Positions 45,812 to 60,950 of a stretch of 64,000 nucleotides of DNA are shown here, one piece after another. Source of the DNA: Schizochytrium sp. TIO01 (taxonomy: Eukaryota; Protista; Bigyra: Labyrinthulomycetes); contig SMSO01000006.1 in the NCBI GenBank assembly GCA_004764695.1, forward strand, positions 1,255,859 through 1,319,858, read 5' to 3'. The position numbers and the translations under genes are program-made. The notes beneath the pieces are model-generated. The model searched no databases. It saw only the letters and a list, made by a program, of their open reading frames with translations, and had not been told where the DNA came from. How positions within the stretch are numbered: position 1 is the first letter of the stretch; each line of letters begins with the position of its first letter.

Positions 45812-48800
45812 TTTGTCAGTCCTATGCAGTCGCCGTCGGCTTTTGCGGATGCCGTGCGAACTTCTACGCTTGGCGACACAGTACCTAGGGGCTAAGTTTT
45901 TGCCAGACTTGTCGCGCTAAATGCGCAAAACGTCGAGAAGGATTATTGAGAACACTACCACTTTTATCTACTAAGGGTCCTTATAACTATCTTAGGATTT
46001 AAAAATATTAAAAACAATCTCCTGTGCCACATCATGGAGAAACTCTCCAAAGCTTATCATCTCGCGTTTTATTTCTCGAAGAGGCAGGCGCACTGAGAAG
46101 TTCTCCTTGCCGTATTTATTCGGATTCAGAGTTAACACAAAGAGGTCGACGGGGTTGGGGGCAATTATTTAGCATGCATATGATGCAGACCACTTTTTCC
46201 GAAGACAGCGTCGCAAATGTTGTTCGCGTCGCCTGAATTTGGCCGTCAGAGATCACTCAGAAGTCATAGAAAATATTTTCTTCAAAATTGAGCTAATATA
46301 TTGATGTGAAGAAAGTCTTGGCATGCATGTACACATGAGTGTGCTGTAACCATTCTAAATGTTGGCTACAAATATGGAACACTCAATTCTCTCAAATCAA
46401 AACAGTTTCGGTGATTCAGCAGATGGCAGTATACGAAAGAGTATATCATACACATGCCTGGAGTTATAATGTACTGCCTGTTTGCTACGCTATATTGTTA
46501 TTGTATATAGGTGAACCAATTATGTGCATCATCATCTTCTTCAAAATGTAGAGAGCAGCAGTGAGATTTTTATAATGAACTCCACAGAAATGAATAATTA
46601 TTTAAAGAATAATCGTACCAAGAGTATGTCTGATCTTCACACCTACATTGCAATTTTGCTAGAACCATGGGTGGTACATATGGCTGCTTAAAGTAATCAA
46701 GATCTATCATTCATGAGAAACGTGTACTTTTTCGCTTGCTTCTGGATTGGAATTGAGTACATCTCTTGTACTCCGCAAGACGTACTCCGCAAAAAGAAAA
46801 TGTAAGTACTCGTTAAATGCTTTCTTTTGATGAGTACTTCTGGGCATCGTACCTTTGGTAGAATCAAAATCATCATGATATTCTTCAAACTTGCTCTGCC
46901 TTGTGCGATTCCTTTAAGCGTTGAAAACCATAACATTAAAAGCCCATTCGTATGCAGCCGACTGCAATTTCTGAAAGTGCGTTATATTCTTGGTAGGCTG
47001 CTTGAAATTTATTGAAGTACATCTAATTTAAATTGAAGCCTTGCAAGGGTTGCAACTAGGCGGACTTTTCCTGATAAGTCCAGAATATTTTCCACAGCCC
47101 CCCCCAAATAAATTTAGAATGAGCTATACCGAAACAAGATCTGCATTCAAACCGTCAATTCTCGGCACGATATTTCAGCAGTTTTAGGAAAAGGTAGCAA
47201 CTCTTGAGTTAGTACTTAAAAAAGAAAAGAAAAAAAAGGATACAGACAGCACAAGCTGGAAGGATGGTGAAAACTATTGAAAACTTCAAAAATGTGTGGT
47301 GTTGTTCTCTAAATAATGTAGTTGCAGCCTACAATTAACGCCGATGGAGAACATGTTTCTGTAATGACGGAATGTCTGACCTTTTAGAGTCTTACAGTTC
47401 ATGGATTTAATTCGCTAAGGCGCCTGCCATAGTGTGGAATATTCGAAACGATTTAATGACCAAGATCCACCCTGCAACTTTTCGATTTTGATTCTGAATT
47501 AGTACGATTACAGGATGGACAGAAATGCTTTTATGAACTGAGACGAGGCAGTGAAGTGGACAATTCGTTTTATCAACTGAAGATGGGAATCCATATGTTC
47601 TGATCGTTTTATTTCACGAAGCAATACAGACAAAATAAGCAGTCTTTTTATTTGTTTACTTTTTGAGGTGGGTCGACTAGGTAAAATCCAGCCCGACCGT
47701 TTTCACCACACTTGAGCCGATGTTTTCTATTGTTGAGAGCACTTAAAAGATCATGATAGGGGGGAGGGTCTTGTTTGCACTTTGAGGGCACTCTGGCTAT
47801 TAATTTAACTTCAATTTTAAAGATTTTTTCGTTTTTGCTTTAGGATCATTGCGTTTGTAATCGCTGATCATGCAGTCTAAAGAATGAAAACTGATTGCGC
47901 AGGTATTCTGGAGCGGAGTATTTTTCATTATTCCGAGTGCTTCCAATTTACATTATAGGTAGCCAATGACAGCATTTATATGTGCCTCATGCTAAACTTC
48001 TTCCCTTCTCTCACTAGCTATCTGGCAGTAATAGCGAAGCCTCAAGTAGGTAAAGTACCCTACCTACTTAACTAGCTACTGGGGTAGGCCACGCCAGAAG
48101 CCATTATAACATTTTGAAGTATGCTTATCAGGAAATAAAAAGACATTGGCTTTTGTCTGTGCGAGTCAAAGGATAGGCTGACCAAAATATTGGCGGCAGC
48201 ACAGAGCGGACAAGGGATCGTTTAAAGTTTCAAGTAACAGACCGAAAATGATAAAAAGTAGCAAAAATTGTAAGCAAACTATGCCGCATTTGTCCCAATG
48301 CAAGTCAAGTCCTACTGTAGTAGATAGCAACCTATTATGTACTTGAGAAGTTTTGCTATTTAGAGGAAAAACAGTCAGCCAGTAAAACGAGGACATATTC
48401 AATAGCATCGTCTTGTTGGATTACCTCCATCCGTTGGAGCGAAATAGCTCAATACTGAGGAAGTTGATTCAAATAATGATGGTTGCTAAATAGAGACGAT
48501 GGATAGTGGCAACCGTAAACTCTTCCGATTTCGGGCTGCACAGGATTCAAGAAACGGTTTGACTTCTATTAAGCGAGCAAGAGAAGACAAATACTGGAAG
48601 GTATAGGAAGCGTATTTCCTTTCATTTCAATTTGATTAAACAAACTCAAAGCTACGCAGGCAGCTCAAATGAAGTCCATAACTTAACGAAATCGCATCGT
48701 AAAAAGAGGGCGTGCCAGAAGTAAGTTCGCCATGTAGTTTATCACTGTATTATGACCAGATCCCCAACTGTCAAAATCATTTATAAGAGTTATAATATAT

Positions 48801-50690
48801 CTGAAAAACAAATTAATTTAATAAGAAGAAAATGCCAAGAAGGAAAATAGTACAGCAATTAAAATTAAAGAAAGGTAAAAGTAAAAAGATATAGACAAAG
48901 GAAGAGAAAAGGCAACCCTTCAATTACAAAGGTATTGATTGATTCCTTCATCAATCAATTGCAAGCAAGGTGGCCATCGTTCAGTGATACACAAATGGTG
49001 TTCCACCTCAGACGATGTCAATACCTTAATATGGCGAGCAGGACTGCATGTTGTCCCATTAGATGTTGGCGTAACAACGAAACAAAAACTCAAATAAATT
49101 GGATTGAGAAAAAAGACGTCGCCCTGTTCCCTGCAAGCCATGACTCATCAATGGGGATACAACTAGCGAATGAGGTTAAATGCTTCCCAGTATTTGTATA
49201 TGCTTAATTGGGTTAGGCACATGTCTGAAAATTAATCAAGGCACCTTCATTAAACCGAAAAACGAAGGCGGTCCCTAATTCATAACCAGGCAAAATCAAA
49301 GCACATCGAAAAGCCATAGATTAATTACGTTCATGCTGCTCTAGAGGTCATAATGGCTCCTGCTATGCTCTGCACTATCCACTTTCATTCCATTTCGACT
49401 CATCGAGATTGTGATTACGCATAATCCTGAATTGCCAATCAAGTTTAGAGAACAAAACAAAAACTAGCCCGTGGAAAGTATCATCCTTGGAGGAATGCAC
49501 TGTATTGAGCAATGCAACGAGCACAGCCTGAAATAGTATCTACCAATTCTGCTGCGTTATCACGTTTGTCTGTACGATCACCTGCTTAATCTCACTCGCC
49601 TAGAGAGGGATGATCTGTATTCCGGACCTATCTATACTCACATTTCCACAACAGCACAAGAAGCGGAAAAAGAGTAAGGCAAACGAAATCGAAGACGAAT
49701 ATCAAATGCCTGGTGGTTTCGCTAAAGCGAGCCCGCGATGCATCCAGCACCATCGTCTTGCCAAGCGAAGATACCACTAAACTTTTATATTGCATGGATC
49801 CTTCTACAGATGCGCTGTTACTTCGCTCAAATGGAGCGGTATCACACCCAAAACCAATGATAACAAAAAACATAACATTCCTCTTCTAGCTTACTCGTTG
49901 TGATCCATTGTAATAAAAAAAGGCCCTTCGCTACGATTTCGTCATTCCTAGACAGCTCTCAAAAAGGCGGCTTCATATTACACTTGCGAAACCCAAGAAG
50001 TGTTTGTCCTACTTGCACTGAGAGGGCGGATTGTCAATTCATTTCGATATTGCTCAGAGGAAAGCGCATAAACGTGCTGGTACCTAGTATTTTCATTAAA
50101 AAAAATAAATAAATGACTAACAATATTCAACAAAGAATGGTGGCATGTGTGGATTGAGTCTCGCTAGCGAGTTTGCAAACCGTTACTCTGTAGTACATCC
50201 CACTTTCACTGTCATGACTCACGCCAGTGACTGACTCTGCGCTTAGTTCCTACCTATTGTTTCCTCAATCGCTAGTGCCCCAATCAATGACTGGCTGCCC
50301 GATGGCAGGTTTGCCGTATAGCTCACTGGCTGGTTCACTCTTTCAAGACTCGCTTCACAGAGGCCGAGATCGTTCGTTTTGCCAGCGAAGCAGAAGCGCC
50401 TGCAGAAAACGAAGGAATATCCGGACTTCAAGTTACCAAACCAGCACGCCTTTGCGACCCCTCTGATCTTTCAGGTACCTAGGTGCTAACAACTCTGAGT
50501 ATGGAAGTCGAACAACTATGACTGAGGAAAGAGGAAGAGCAGAAGTAAGTGGAGTGGGATGCTCCAGCAATGCTGGTCTTCGGCTGTCTTTTTGAGGCAT
50601 TGTGGTTTCAACTCGACTGTGAGACTCAATCTCAGAGTGCATCAAACAAACCTATAATCAAACAAACCCAACAACAACAACAACAAAACA

Positions 50691-51070
50691 ATGGGAACTT
50701 TATGAGCAGTTTCTAATAATCCTCCCAACAAATAAAAAAGGGAAAAAACGAAGAGGAAAAACCAAATCAGGTGATTTCAGGAGGAGTAAAGAGCTCTGCA
50801 ACACTTAGGCGAAGTTTCCATCCCATCCATGTACCGACGTGAGCATTAATACCCTATGGATCATTAGCTACTATGATTAAAAAGGCGGCTAGAGATCATC
50901 GTGCTTCTTTGAAAGCGAAAAGCGAAAAAGTGATTCAAGCCAGAAAAAAGAGGTTTGCGGCGTTAGATGTGGGTTCTCCCCGCAGTACTAATTCCGAAGG
51001 GTGTAGATCCATTGATGCAAGCCATTCACTTCTCGATGAAAATGAGATGAGAGGGGATCCTTCTTCCCTT
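50691..51070 (+). pseudogene. Possible small-protein pseudogene
   Basis: A CAA-rich leader precedes ATG 50691. Adding one base gives MGNFMSSF**SSQQIKK...VPT*ALIPYGSLATMIKKAARDHRASLKAKSEKVIQARKKRFAALDVGSP, in frame with ORF 50873. Confidence 0.35.
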
Positions 51071-54000
51071 TTTAAATTCAATTATCTACATATTAAATTT
51101 AACGTTTTTTTTATTATTTTCTTTTAAATTATATACAATAAAAACAACATGTTAAACAGTTTTCTTTTCTTTTCGATAATAATATTGAATAAATGTATCA
51201 ATTTATTGACAAGCTTGGTAAGATTGCATGCAATGACTATGTTCCTCTCTTCGAAACCGTCTTCTGCAATATATAACTAGCCGATAGTCTGGCGAGCTTG
51301 CATGCATGCCGCATTTCTTCATAGGTTGCACATCTCGATTTGATTGATCCCTCTGCGCGCTCCTTTGGGTAAGTTTGCCTATGCTAATGCTTATAAGCGA
51401 CTGGATGAGAAGTCAAGTCAATAAAGGGTCATGGTTTGTTCTTTACGAATGATTATGTTCAGAGACTGAGAAATTCAGCGTTTGCAAGTCCACCATACAG
51501 ACCATTACAGCACCTGTCAAAGGCAGCACTGATTACTGCCCTGACATCCCCTGTCGGAAAAGTAAGACAGTGCCTGGATTAAGGGTTGTTAGCCAACATG
51601 AATACAATAATGAACAGCATTTCCCCAAGTAGTAAAACATCACAGAAAACAAATCGTATATTTTCACCCTCCGCTATAAAAGAAATGATTGATACTGTAC
51701 CAAAGGCCCAATAGTATCTCTGCTGAAAGACTAAAGTTAAAACCACTGCTTTAGAATTTTCGTCGGTACATTCAACAAAGAATGTTGGAGAAAGCTCGTT
51801 CATTTCGATTTGTTAACATACAATCTTAGCTGCTCTCTTTATGAAACCACTGTTAATTTTTTTTTTTTCCTAAAATAATATATATATATTAACATTTTTT
51901 TCAACTTAAAAGTTAAGAATGAGAGCCAGGATGAGATGAATAAATACTAGCAAATAAATGAATAAATACATATAAATAAATAAATGAATGAATGAGAAGA
52001 TGATCTATAATAAAGAGAAAAGTGGAAAGTGCTAAGTTCTCAATTTGCCTGTTTGCGACGTTGTCACTCTTGCTGGGAAAGAACAGTGTCTCAACTCGTG
52101 AACTGAGCAGTGTGCAACCGTAGAGAACCTCCCGCGGATGATAAATACAGAGCTATATTCGTAACCAGATAGTTGAGGCCGGCTTCGAGTTTGTCTCTCT
52201 GCCAGGTATGCATCAATGTGTATGAGTGTGATGAATGTATGATTGTAGCTAGCTAGCGAGCTTGCTACGCAGAAAGAACAACTCTGTCGCCGCTCACACC
52301 AATCTCAGTGCCTACATTTCCGTTGTGTTCCATTCTACAAAGGTCACCTCGAAATGTTAAGGTGAATGAATCTTTACCTTTCTGTGTATACGTCATTAAT
52401 TGATTGAAGATACCTTCCCCCGAATGTAACATAATTTAGCTGAAGTGCCAGAAGATCCACTGACCTGAGTCACTTTCGAAAAGAAAGAAAGAAAGAAAGA
52501 AAGAATGATGCTGCAAAGTGGCACTTCTTATTACCAGAGATTGCCATTGATGCTTTCTGGCTGTAGCGCTTGCCCTCAAGCGAAAGTTCTTCACTTCACC
52601 TAATTAAAACAGTGTCTTAGGCAGGTAGATGTCAACGCCCTGCAAAATCGACGATGCACGGGTTTGACTCATTCACGCAAAGTTAGTGCTATCGATTGTC
52701 TTTTTGTTGCCTCCCACCGGAATGCGCTATCCCTAGGTGCCTGGTTAGGTAGTTACCTACCAAGTTGATAATCAGACTGAGCCAACTGTAACCCGCCTCA
52801 TTCGCTCAATAACTCGCAGTGCATATGTATCTACGAGCTTGCTAGCTAAATTGAATCACTGATGGGCTGCCTTCTTCGCGCTATTCCCCGTGGTTTATCA
52901 CTGCAGCTCGCTATCTACTCCGCCTTGCGCGATGGATGTGCATGCGATGAGTGGCTCAAAGCTCAAGGCACACGAGAGAGGGAGACAGGGGCCCGCTTTC
53001 CGCCTATCCACACAGCTGGTGGTTGATTAGAGATGTCACGTGGAAACCATGTGCTTTCAATAGCTGCCACTGTGGGCTGGGGGAGTGTTGAGGGGACCCG
53101 ACCAGCAAGTTTTGATATCATCATTGAAAGCACTTCCCATGATCGAAATTAAGTTTGATACTTATTATGGTGGAGTAATTTTGAAACGATCACGTCCGTG
53201 GGAAGATTTCTTATACATTTTAAAACTATCAAAGGAAAAGAAAGGGTAGTATTTCTTTTGATCAAACAAAAGAATAAGAAACAAGTGGCTAGCCAAAAGT
53301 TGTCGCAGGAAGGCAGAGAAATAGAAAAGATGCCATCGTGTGATTTCATTGTTGGCTTTTCGTCACAACAGAAGATCAACATGCGCGGAGAACTGCGGAG
53401 CGGGCTTAGAAGAACTTTAGAAGCACAGATATCTTTTAGGGGCATCAAACAAAGAAACAGACACAACATGTGCTTCAACTCCACTTTTGATACTACGGCA
53501 AGCCAGAAACCAGTTTGTTGCTCATTTCTGCTACAGAAAGACGCTAACAAGCATCAACGAGAATACTTTACTACTTGGCGATGTGTCATGATGAAAATTC
53601 ATTTTTAAAAACAATAGGGACGCGTTTAGGTTTTTTAAATGATAGGGATGAACACCTTGGTTAGCATCTTGATGGGCTATGCTGAGTAAATCGGTTGACA
53701 TATGGGATTTGGCTGTGTAGTTATTCATATTATTCCTGTAATAAATCTTTGCATGTTTACAAATACATCAACATCAGTAAACAAATGTCCTTGTTTGATA
53801 TTACTCATGGTATCTTGGCAATCTAATGTAAATCTTTCAATCAACAGCTGAAGATCCTTTCGTAAATGCTTCATTTTCCCGGTATTTAAAGATACTCATA
53901 GTTGTAAACAAAAAATGAAAAAGAAAAGAGATTAGATTTCATAGAATACTCAATCATAGGGTTCGATTAGACTTCAGCAGATATGTTTTATTGATATCTA

Positions 54001-55918
54001 TTTAATCATGGCTATTCCCTTTAAAATGTAGGATTCCAATAATGCAATTGAGGCCTCTAATTCGTTCAAATCTGTTCGTTTTGAAAGCCCTCTAGAACCT
54101 TGCATTTTTCTATATCAAATAGAAATCATCACGAGTCTGCGGTCCTCAAATTGTCTTACAACGCTCAATGATGGAAATATCTTCCCATTATGTATAACTT
54201 TACGTCATGGTAGGGCGATAGCAAAAAATTGGCATTACAACGAATCGAAAATAATAAAAAGATGATCTAAATGTCATCGTACTTGCGGTATTGGTTGACA
54301 ACAATTATGGCATTCTCTGAGTGCTTGCTATGAGCGTTTGGGCAGAATCATTCTGATACAGAGACATCAACATATTCTATTTAAAAAAGAAAGCTATAAA
54401 ATAAATAATAGCATGACCATTTTATTTCGAGGTATTTATTTTTAAAATGAAAACTTTTGTAATGTAGTTTAAAAAAAAGAAAAAAGAGGAAAGATCGTTT
54501 AAGTTCAGAATACAATATCGACAGACTTAGGCATGAGGCGCGTGTACAGACTGTGGGTGTGCTGATCTCATTGGAAGACTATTTGGGGCGAGTCATCATC
54601 TCACATGCCTAGAACCATTTTTGCGAAAGGTCTCGCAATGAGATACTACATGATTAATGATAGATATAAACTCACCTGTTTGTTAAAGTTGTGATAAAGT
54701 GTTAGACGTGCTCTCGGTAGAGCGGACGCAAGATCTCAGAAGCTCAAAAGATTGAAGAAACAGTTTTTGGAATATAACTTTTTTTTTCTTTTTTCATCTG
54801 AAGCATTTTAAAAACGTTTTTAAAATAGGACAGTTCTAGCTAGATGAAAGGGAAAACTGCGCCATCGCAAATCAGGCACGCAAATAGTCAGGCGACACTC
54901 TGATAACCTGGATGCTTAAGGGAGGATGTACTCTGCAACCACTGGTAGTGCTCTATTTTGACCGGACGGCTTGCGAAGAAATATGCACGGCACCAAGGCA
55001 CAGAAGGCAACCTAGTCCCAATTTTTTTTAATTTTATTTTTTAACTACCTGCCTAGAATAATATTAATAAAATCAATAATATGCTTTGTTTAATCTTGAA
55101 AACAGTATTATATAATATTTGTAATATCACTTCGGAAACCATTGCCCCCCTTAGGCTAGGGGCTTGAGAGTTATTTATTAGAAAAAAATGATCATATTTT
55201 AGTACGATTATTTCTTTTAGAGTTAAAAGTAGACTTATACTGACAAAATTTATTGTTTTCTTTATTTTAAAAATAAATAAATATGAGAAATAGAGAGAGA
55301 CCCATAGTGGAGTTTGTTCTCGCTGGAAAGGAAAGGAAGTTGTGATGTTATTCAAGTTTAGCACAAGTGCAGGTCGAGAGGAACCTTCTTTGTAAGTAGG
55401 TATATTTCCAAAGCAATGCTAATTCATGTGAGCCAAAGTGCCTCCCCACTTTGATGAGTACTAGTCCTTTTGTTTCTTCGTTAAAAGTGCACTCAGTAGT
55501 TGCGAAATGGAAGAGCGGCGCTGTTTCTGCAGGTACCAAGAACTTGGTCGGGGCAATCTGTTGAAAAAGCACTCGAGGAAATACGCTTGTTGCGTTATAT
55601 GCTTTGGAAGCAGACTATGTGAGCTTGCTTCCGCACAATCTTCTCAGGCTACTGAATGCGGAGATTTACAAGTGAGTAGTAGAACGGAGGGTTGTTAATT
55701 GAACATTACGTTTGCTCCAGCTGCCAGCTGACCCCCGAGGCGACTGGTTCAACACCGCGCCAACATAGTGTGGAGCTGTCCTAATGAGTGGTAAATGGGG
55801 CTACATAGTGCATGCTTTCCAGAAGAGGTGCCATCGTGCCAGCTTAATCAATCTCGTCGGCGGCTACCAAGCAGGCAATTGCCATTGATGGTGCCTGGAG
55901 AATGAGGGCCCGTGCACC

Positions 55919-55960
55919 TTCTTCAGGCGAATCACTTGGTTCTTCAGGCGAATCACTCGG
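55919..55960. repeat. 21-bp tandem duplication
   Basis: ttcttcaggcgaatcacttgg / ttcttcaggcgaatcactcgg. Confidence 0.9.
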
Positions 55961-58900
55961 AGCTCTGAGTTACTGAAGCTCATCTATGATAAACCCTACG
56001 AGTGCACATAGACCTGACGTTCGTTTTCTGAAGCATAACATTGTGTGGCCTCGTTACAAATTCGGAAACTGCACTTTCGAGGTTCATTGCTTCGTATTTG
56101 CTGCTCTGCGCTGATCATGTTCTTCAGTTTGGGCACGATGTAAGTTGTGAAGAACTAAGTAAACAGCAATGTTACGGTCGGGGGATTTTCTGGAGAAACG
56201 TAAACGAAAGTGTTTTGCAGCTTTGGGACATCTCGCTTCAGCCTAAGCTGGACTGTTTGCTGTGACTGGCTCACGGAGAAAAGGTCCACGAGCTCAGTTT
56301 GTACACCTTACTATATTCCAACTTCGTACTCTAAACATCAAAATCACCCGCCCAACAAGAGATTTGTGAAGTTTAGGAAAGCTTAAATTCTAGGTATCTA
56401 TCTACGTAGTGAATTTGCAGTTGCTCCTAGTGCTTTGATTTTATTTGCCTGCATAGATGATAATAGTATATCATTGACTTTCTACGGTGTACTCTGGAAA
56501 TGCAAACTCTAGTGTGTGACGGGACCAAAAGTGTTCTATACGCTTCAACCTTTGATGCGTCGCTTTTTTTGTGATAATGTCCAATTGCCATTGACGCAAA
56601 ACAGACACACGAACAAAACACGCTAACGACGCATTGATTTTTCATACAGAAACAGTGCTATTTCATAATATAGATTTGCGAGGAAGTCAAATAAAAAATG
56701 CGTTGCATCAAGTATTGGAAAACCACTCTTCCTAACTACGACCTATAATTTAAATCAAACAAATGCGCTAAGAGCTGCTACTTGGCTCCAAACCGAGACC
56801 CGTGCGAAGACTCTTATTTAAGATGTTCAGAGGATGAGAATATTTCTACCGTAAAACTACACGGAGGAATCGGGAAAACAAAACCCAAGCGGTGCGGTTA
56901 CATGATAGCGTCATGATCTACATGTTCTACTGCTTCAATTGGGTTCTCCACTCCAACAGCAAAGTATAAGCAGCACATTTTTATCTTTAAAAACAAATAA
57001 TAAAAAGATTCTGTGACAATGTTAAAATATACCTACCTCTGAGCTTGTCTCTTGCAACTGCTTCTGTATTAACTGTAGACCATCTGCGATAACACCCTGA
57101 TAGAAAAACTTAATTATTCATTTGATGAATGACTCAAGCGTTTCTGCTTTTAAAATCCAAGTTGTATATGTCACATAGATCAAAGTTGAAAGGCCAATAA
57201 ATGACAAACCTTGCGTAGAAAGTTCCGAAGATCAAAATAGAAAGGTTTCATCGATGCAAACCGCTAAGCTATAGCTTTAATAGAACTCAACATGATGCAG
57301 AGTGAAATGATATAGTATATAAATATATAATAAAAGTTTCATTCGTAAAAGCAATTACATTTGTCAGATATGAAAAACATCATTTTAAGATGCATGAAAT
57401 CGCATGTACTTTCAATTGAATGAGAACGTTATGTATATTTCTCTGAAAATTCGAGAAGGTATACTTAGAAGCTCATGGTATTGACATTTTATATTTAGGA
57501 CCGTTCTCGATTTTCTCAAAGGCTATAGTTTTCAATTATATTTTCTGATAGAACATCGCTTGCAAATATCAAGTTTGAATTCAGCATCTTCAATTTTACA
57601 ACGCAGATTCTACTCAGCAGTAAAATTAACAAATAGACCATTGCTATTCTTTAGGATGTTGATGGGGAAACGCGTAGATAGGTTTGTGCAGGCGACCTAT
57701 AATTTCGCTTCATTTGACAAAATAGAAATCACTATCTTAGATTTTAAAGAATGCTCTTATGGTTTAAATATTGGTTTATATATTCTTTTAGAAAGGGAAG
57801 GAAACAAAATCAGAATAAAAAAGCGATATTTTTAGTTTTTATTAAAACAATATGTATATATAAAATAAAATGAAATGAAATATTTTCATTCTACAAAGTA
57901 ATGTTTTTTTTTTTGTTTTTTTTTTTTTTAAAATTAAATTAAAATACATATACAAAAATTGAAATTAAACCAGCACTTACTTTCTCACTATCCCCGTGCT
58001 AGAGTAAATTTTAGGAAGTAAGTAAGCAAAACTGACGAACCGTCTACTTATCTTAAAGAGGCTGAAAGCTCAAAGCAAGGAACTTCCCTCATATCCCGGA
58101 AAGCACATGAACAATGGAAGAAAGAGCTATTCATCATTTTGAACATCTAACAAAATCATCGTTTTGAAAATGTCATGAGAAGAGCATGCTTTTTATTTCA
58201 TTCTTTTCCTTTACGAGTATGTGAGTATTTCCTTTGAAAACTTTCCTCAGTAGACTAAAGTAATAATAAAGTCAAAGAGAGCTTTTTCCCTCTCCCTCCT
58301 GCCTTTGTTTTAGATTAAATCTTATAAATTATAAATCATGAAGAAAAGAAAAGAACTCCGTGTTCGAAAGAGTTTAATTGAACACATATTGAACTTAAAC
58401 TTCGTGCTTCAACCTGAGAGTAAGTGGTTGTAGTCCTGCCTGAATCCACAGATTGCAAGCCAGCCACCCCAGGATTCAACCACCTTCAAGAGATTGTTCA
58501 CTCGATTGGTTTAGTCGCATTCTGAAGAGAAATCACAATGCGTTTTGCAATTATACAGATTACCACGTAGACATACCCATCCCGAGTGAGCTAAGATTGT
58601 GAAAGAAAGGCAAGCGGCAGACTCGAGAGGACAGGATTCACGCATGTCGAGCCTGAGCCGAGAGCCGCTGTGCGGAGTTTAGTTTTCGTGCTCCAAGGTT
58701 AGTTAAACGTGTAGTGAAGATCCGAGTTCCCCAAATTCTAAAAGCAACTCAGCCAACACATTGCAGATGTCATCGCAGCACCCTGCTATCGGAGTCGCGG
58801 CTGCTATGAAAGGCCGTTGACTCGACACATGAAAAGGTCTCAACGAGGGTGCTCTCTATCGCTCTCAGCTTGAAATATTGGCTACAGATATAGTAATTCG

Positions 58901-59379
58901 TACATCATTCAAAGACGCATTGCATTACATTCTTAGAACAGCGCAAGGGAAAACGAAACGAATTCATGCATGCATGCCGAGACAGCCAAACAATTACGAG
59001 TCTTGAAGTGCTCTCACCGTTGCTAGTGTGCTTGCTCGGACTCCAAGTAAGAGCCAGGCTCTAACGCCATCCCGACCGAGTTCGTCGAACAACTCCTGGC
59101 ACCAACCGTGAGAAGCTTTCCTTGGTGCAAAGGTCATTCATTTACAATCACAAGGACTGCTGCTGCTGCTGCTGCTGCTGGCTGCTGCTGCTGCTGGAGG
59201 TCTGCCGATTTATTTGTGTCTGTGACAATGAGCCCGAGGGACGTTTGTTTGTTTGTACGTGTAAGCCACGTGGCCTTCCTGCCACAGCAGCCTGCGCCCA
59301 CACAGCTCCAGCAACGGATGGCCGTGCGTAATGCTCTGCGAGGAGTCTCACAAGTGCAGTGCACGTAGTAGAACATAGT

Positions 59380-60950
59380 GAGTGCAGTGCAGCGCAGCGC
59401 AGACAAGCTGTCCCTCTCTCGACCTCGGACTACACGGTCAGCTTTCGACCGCTTTGGCACTCCTGCAGACGACAGATGAATCATTCGTCTCGATGGCTGG
59501 TTTCTGGCCGACTCGTGTGCTCTGCTTGAGGACGTCGTGGCGGCGGGAGGTCTTACACCAGTGGGCTCGATCCAAGCAGTGGGCACTTGGCACGACCAAT
59601 CGTGCTGTGTTGGATTCTGTGGGTGGATAGGCACATACATGCTTCTACAACGTTGTCTACGAAGATGTGTAGGTAGGTAGCAAATTGATTTGAGCAGACA
59701 CTCGGTAGCAGGCACCTGCCTTTATCTTAAAACAGCAGAAGACCCCACGGATACCACGAAAAGTTCCCTTTCCCTCTTCTTCCCGGGCATGCATGGCCCA
59801 GGAGTCATCACAATTTCTCCGCAGGGAAAGCAACATGAAATTATGGCGGAAGCTCCCGTTCCGAATATCAGGGCATTCACTCACTCCCTTGGATGGAGGC
59901 ATTCCTCGGTAGGGACATATTATATTGCGAGGCATTCTATGATGATAAATAACGTCAGTACAGAGGTACCTACTGGAGGAAACAGTCAGCTTTTGTAATT
60001 TGGAGATAACTGTAAAATTGTGCTGCAAGCTTTAACCGCCGGGAACTTATTGGAGCAAAGCAGGATTTCAAAGTAGCCACTTACTTTCGAATCAAGCACG
60101 CCCCGGATCGGTGTGCAAATGGAGACGAAATAACGTTGCTTACGACTTCTTCACGGAGTGATGAACTTTCACATGAAATATCCCGAAGTGATTCTTTCAC
60201 ACATAACGTCTTTTTGTAAGTCTTGACCACCCAGATATAGTTAAGGTTTGGTTGACTCTTCGGTGTAGATCAAAGCCTCTTGAGTAATGGCTGTGCACTG
60301 GTCCAGCATCAAAAATAGTCCTACGCAGTATACAATTCAAGTTTGTCTCAACGAAGAACTCTTTCTGACGCGTTAAGCTTGGTGAGCTTATGTAAGTAGA
60401 AAGAATCCCTTCGCTTTGCTGTACTGCACTTGAACTCCAGAAAAAGCTTCATCAACAGCCGCTATATGCTTAAAATGAAGCGTCAGCGGTAGAAGATGGA
60501 AGCGATACTCAAACCCTGTAATTTGTCCAAACTTGGTATTGTGTAAGGCGGATGTGCAAATGTACCAGAACTGCTACTACTACTTCTCCTGCGCAACCTC
60601 TGACACTGCGTTTGACACCTGCACCGACCACCTCGGCCCGGACTCGGGCTGCTTTGGCATTCGATCATATCCTCCGGACTTTGAAGCCGGGAGCGTGCCC
60701 TGCAGCTCCCAAGCTGTTGCCTGCAGCGTTGGGACCCCTGTCCGCTTTTGAGCTCGATCAGTCTGAGAACGCATAAATAAGCTGCAAGCTTGAGCGGAGC
60801 CTTTCGTGGGGATATCAGACCTTCTGTCTTGTAGCTCCGAGTAAAATACAGCATGGATGCATCGTAACTGGCAGCCCAAGCGGGCCCGAAGTACGAGCTC
60901 GAGCTCTAAGGACTGAGGCACGCGGTAACCTGTACCGGTGCTAAGCAAGT
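59380..60950 (+). pseudogene. Decayed gene for a Cys-containing, possibly secreted protein
   Basis: Fragments with C-ending codon bias like host genes (YQNCYYYFSCATSDTAFDTCTDHLGPDSGCFG at 60560-60660; RLDGWFLADSCALLEDVV; CFYNVVYEDV), broken by stops and frameshifts. Confidence 0.35.
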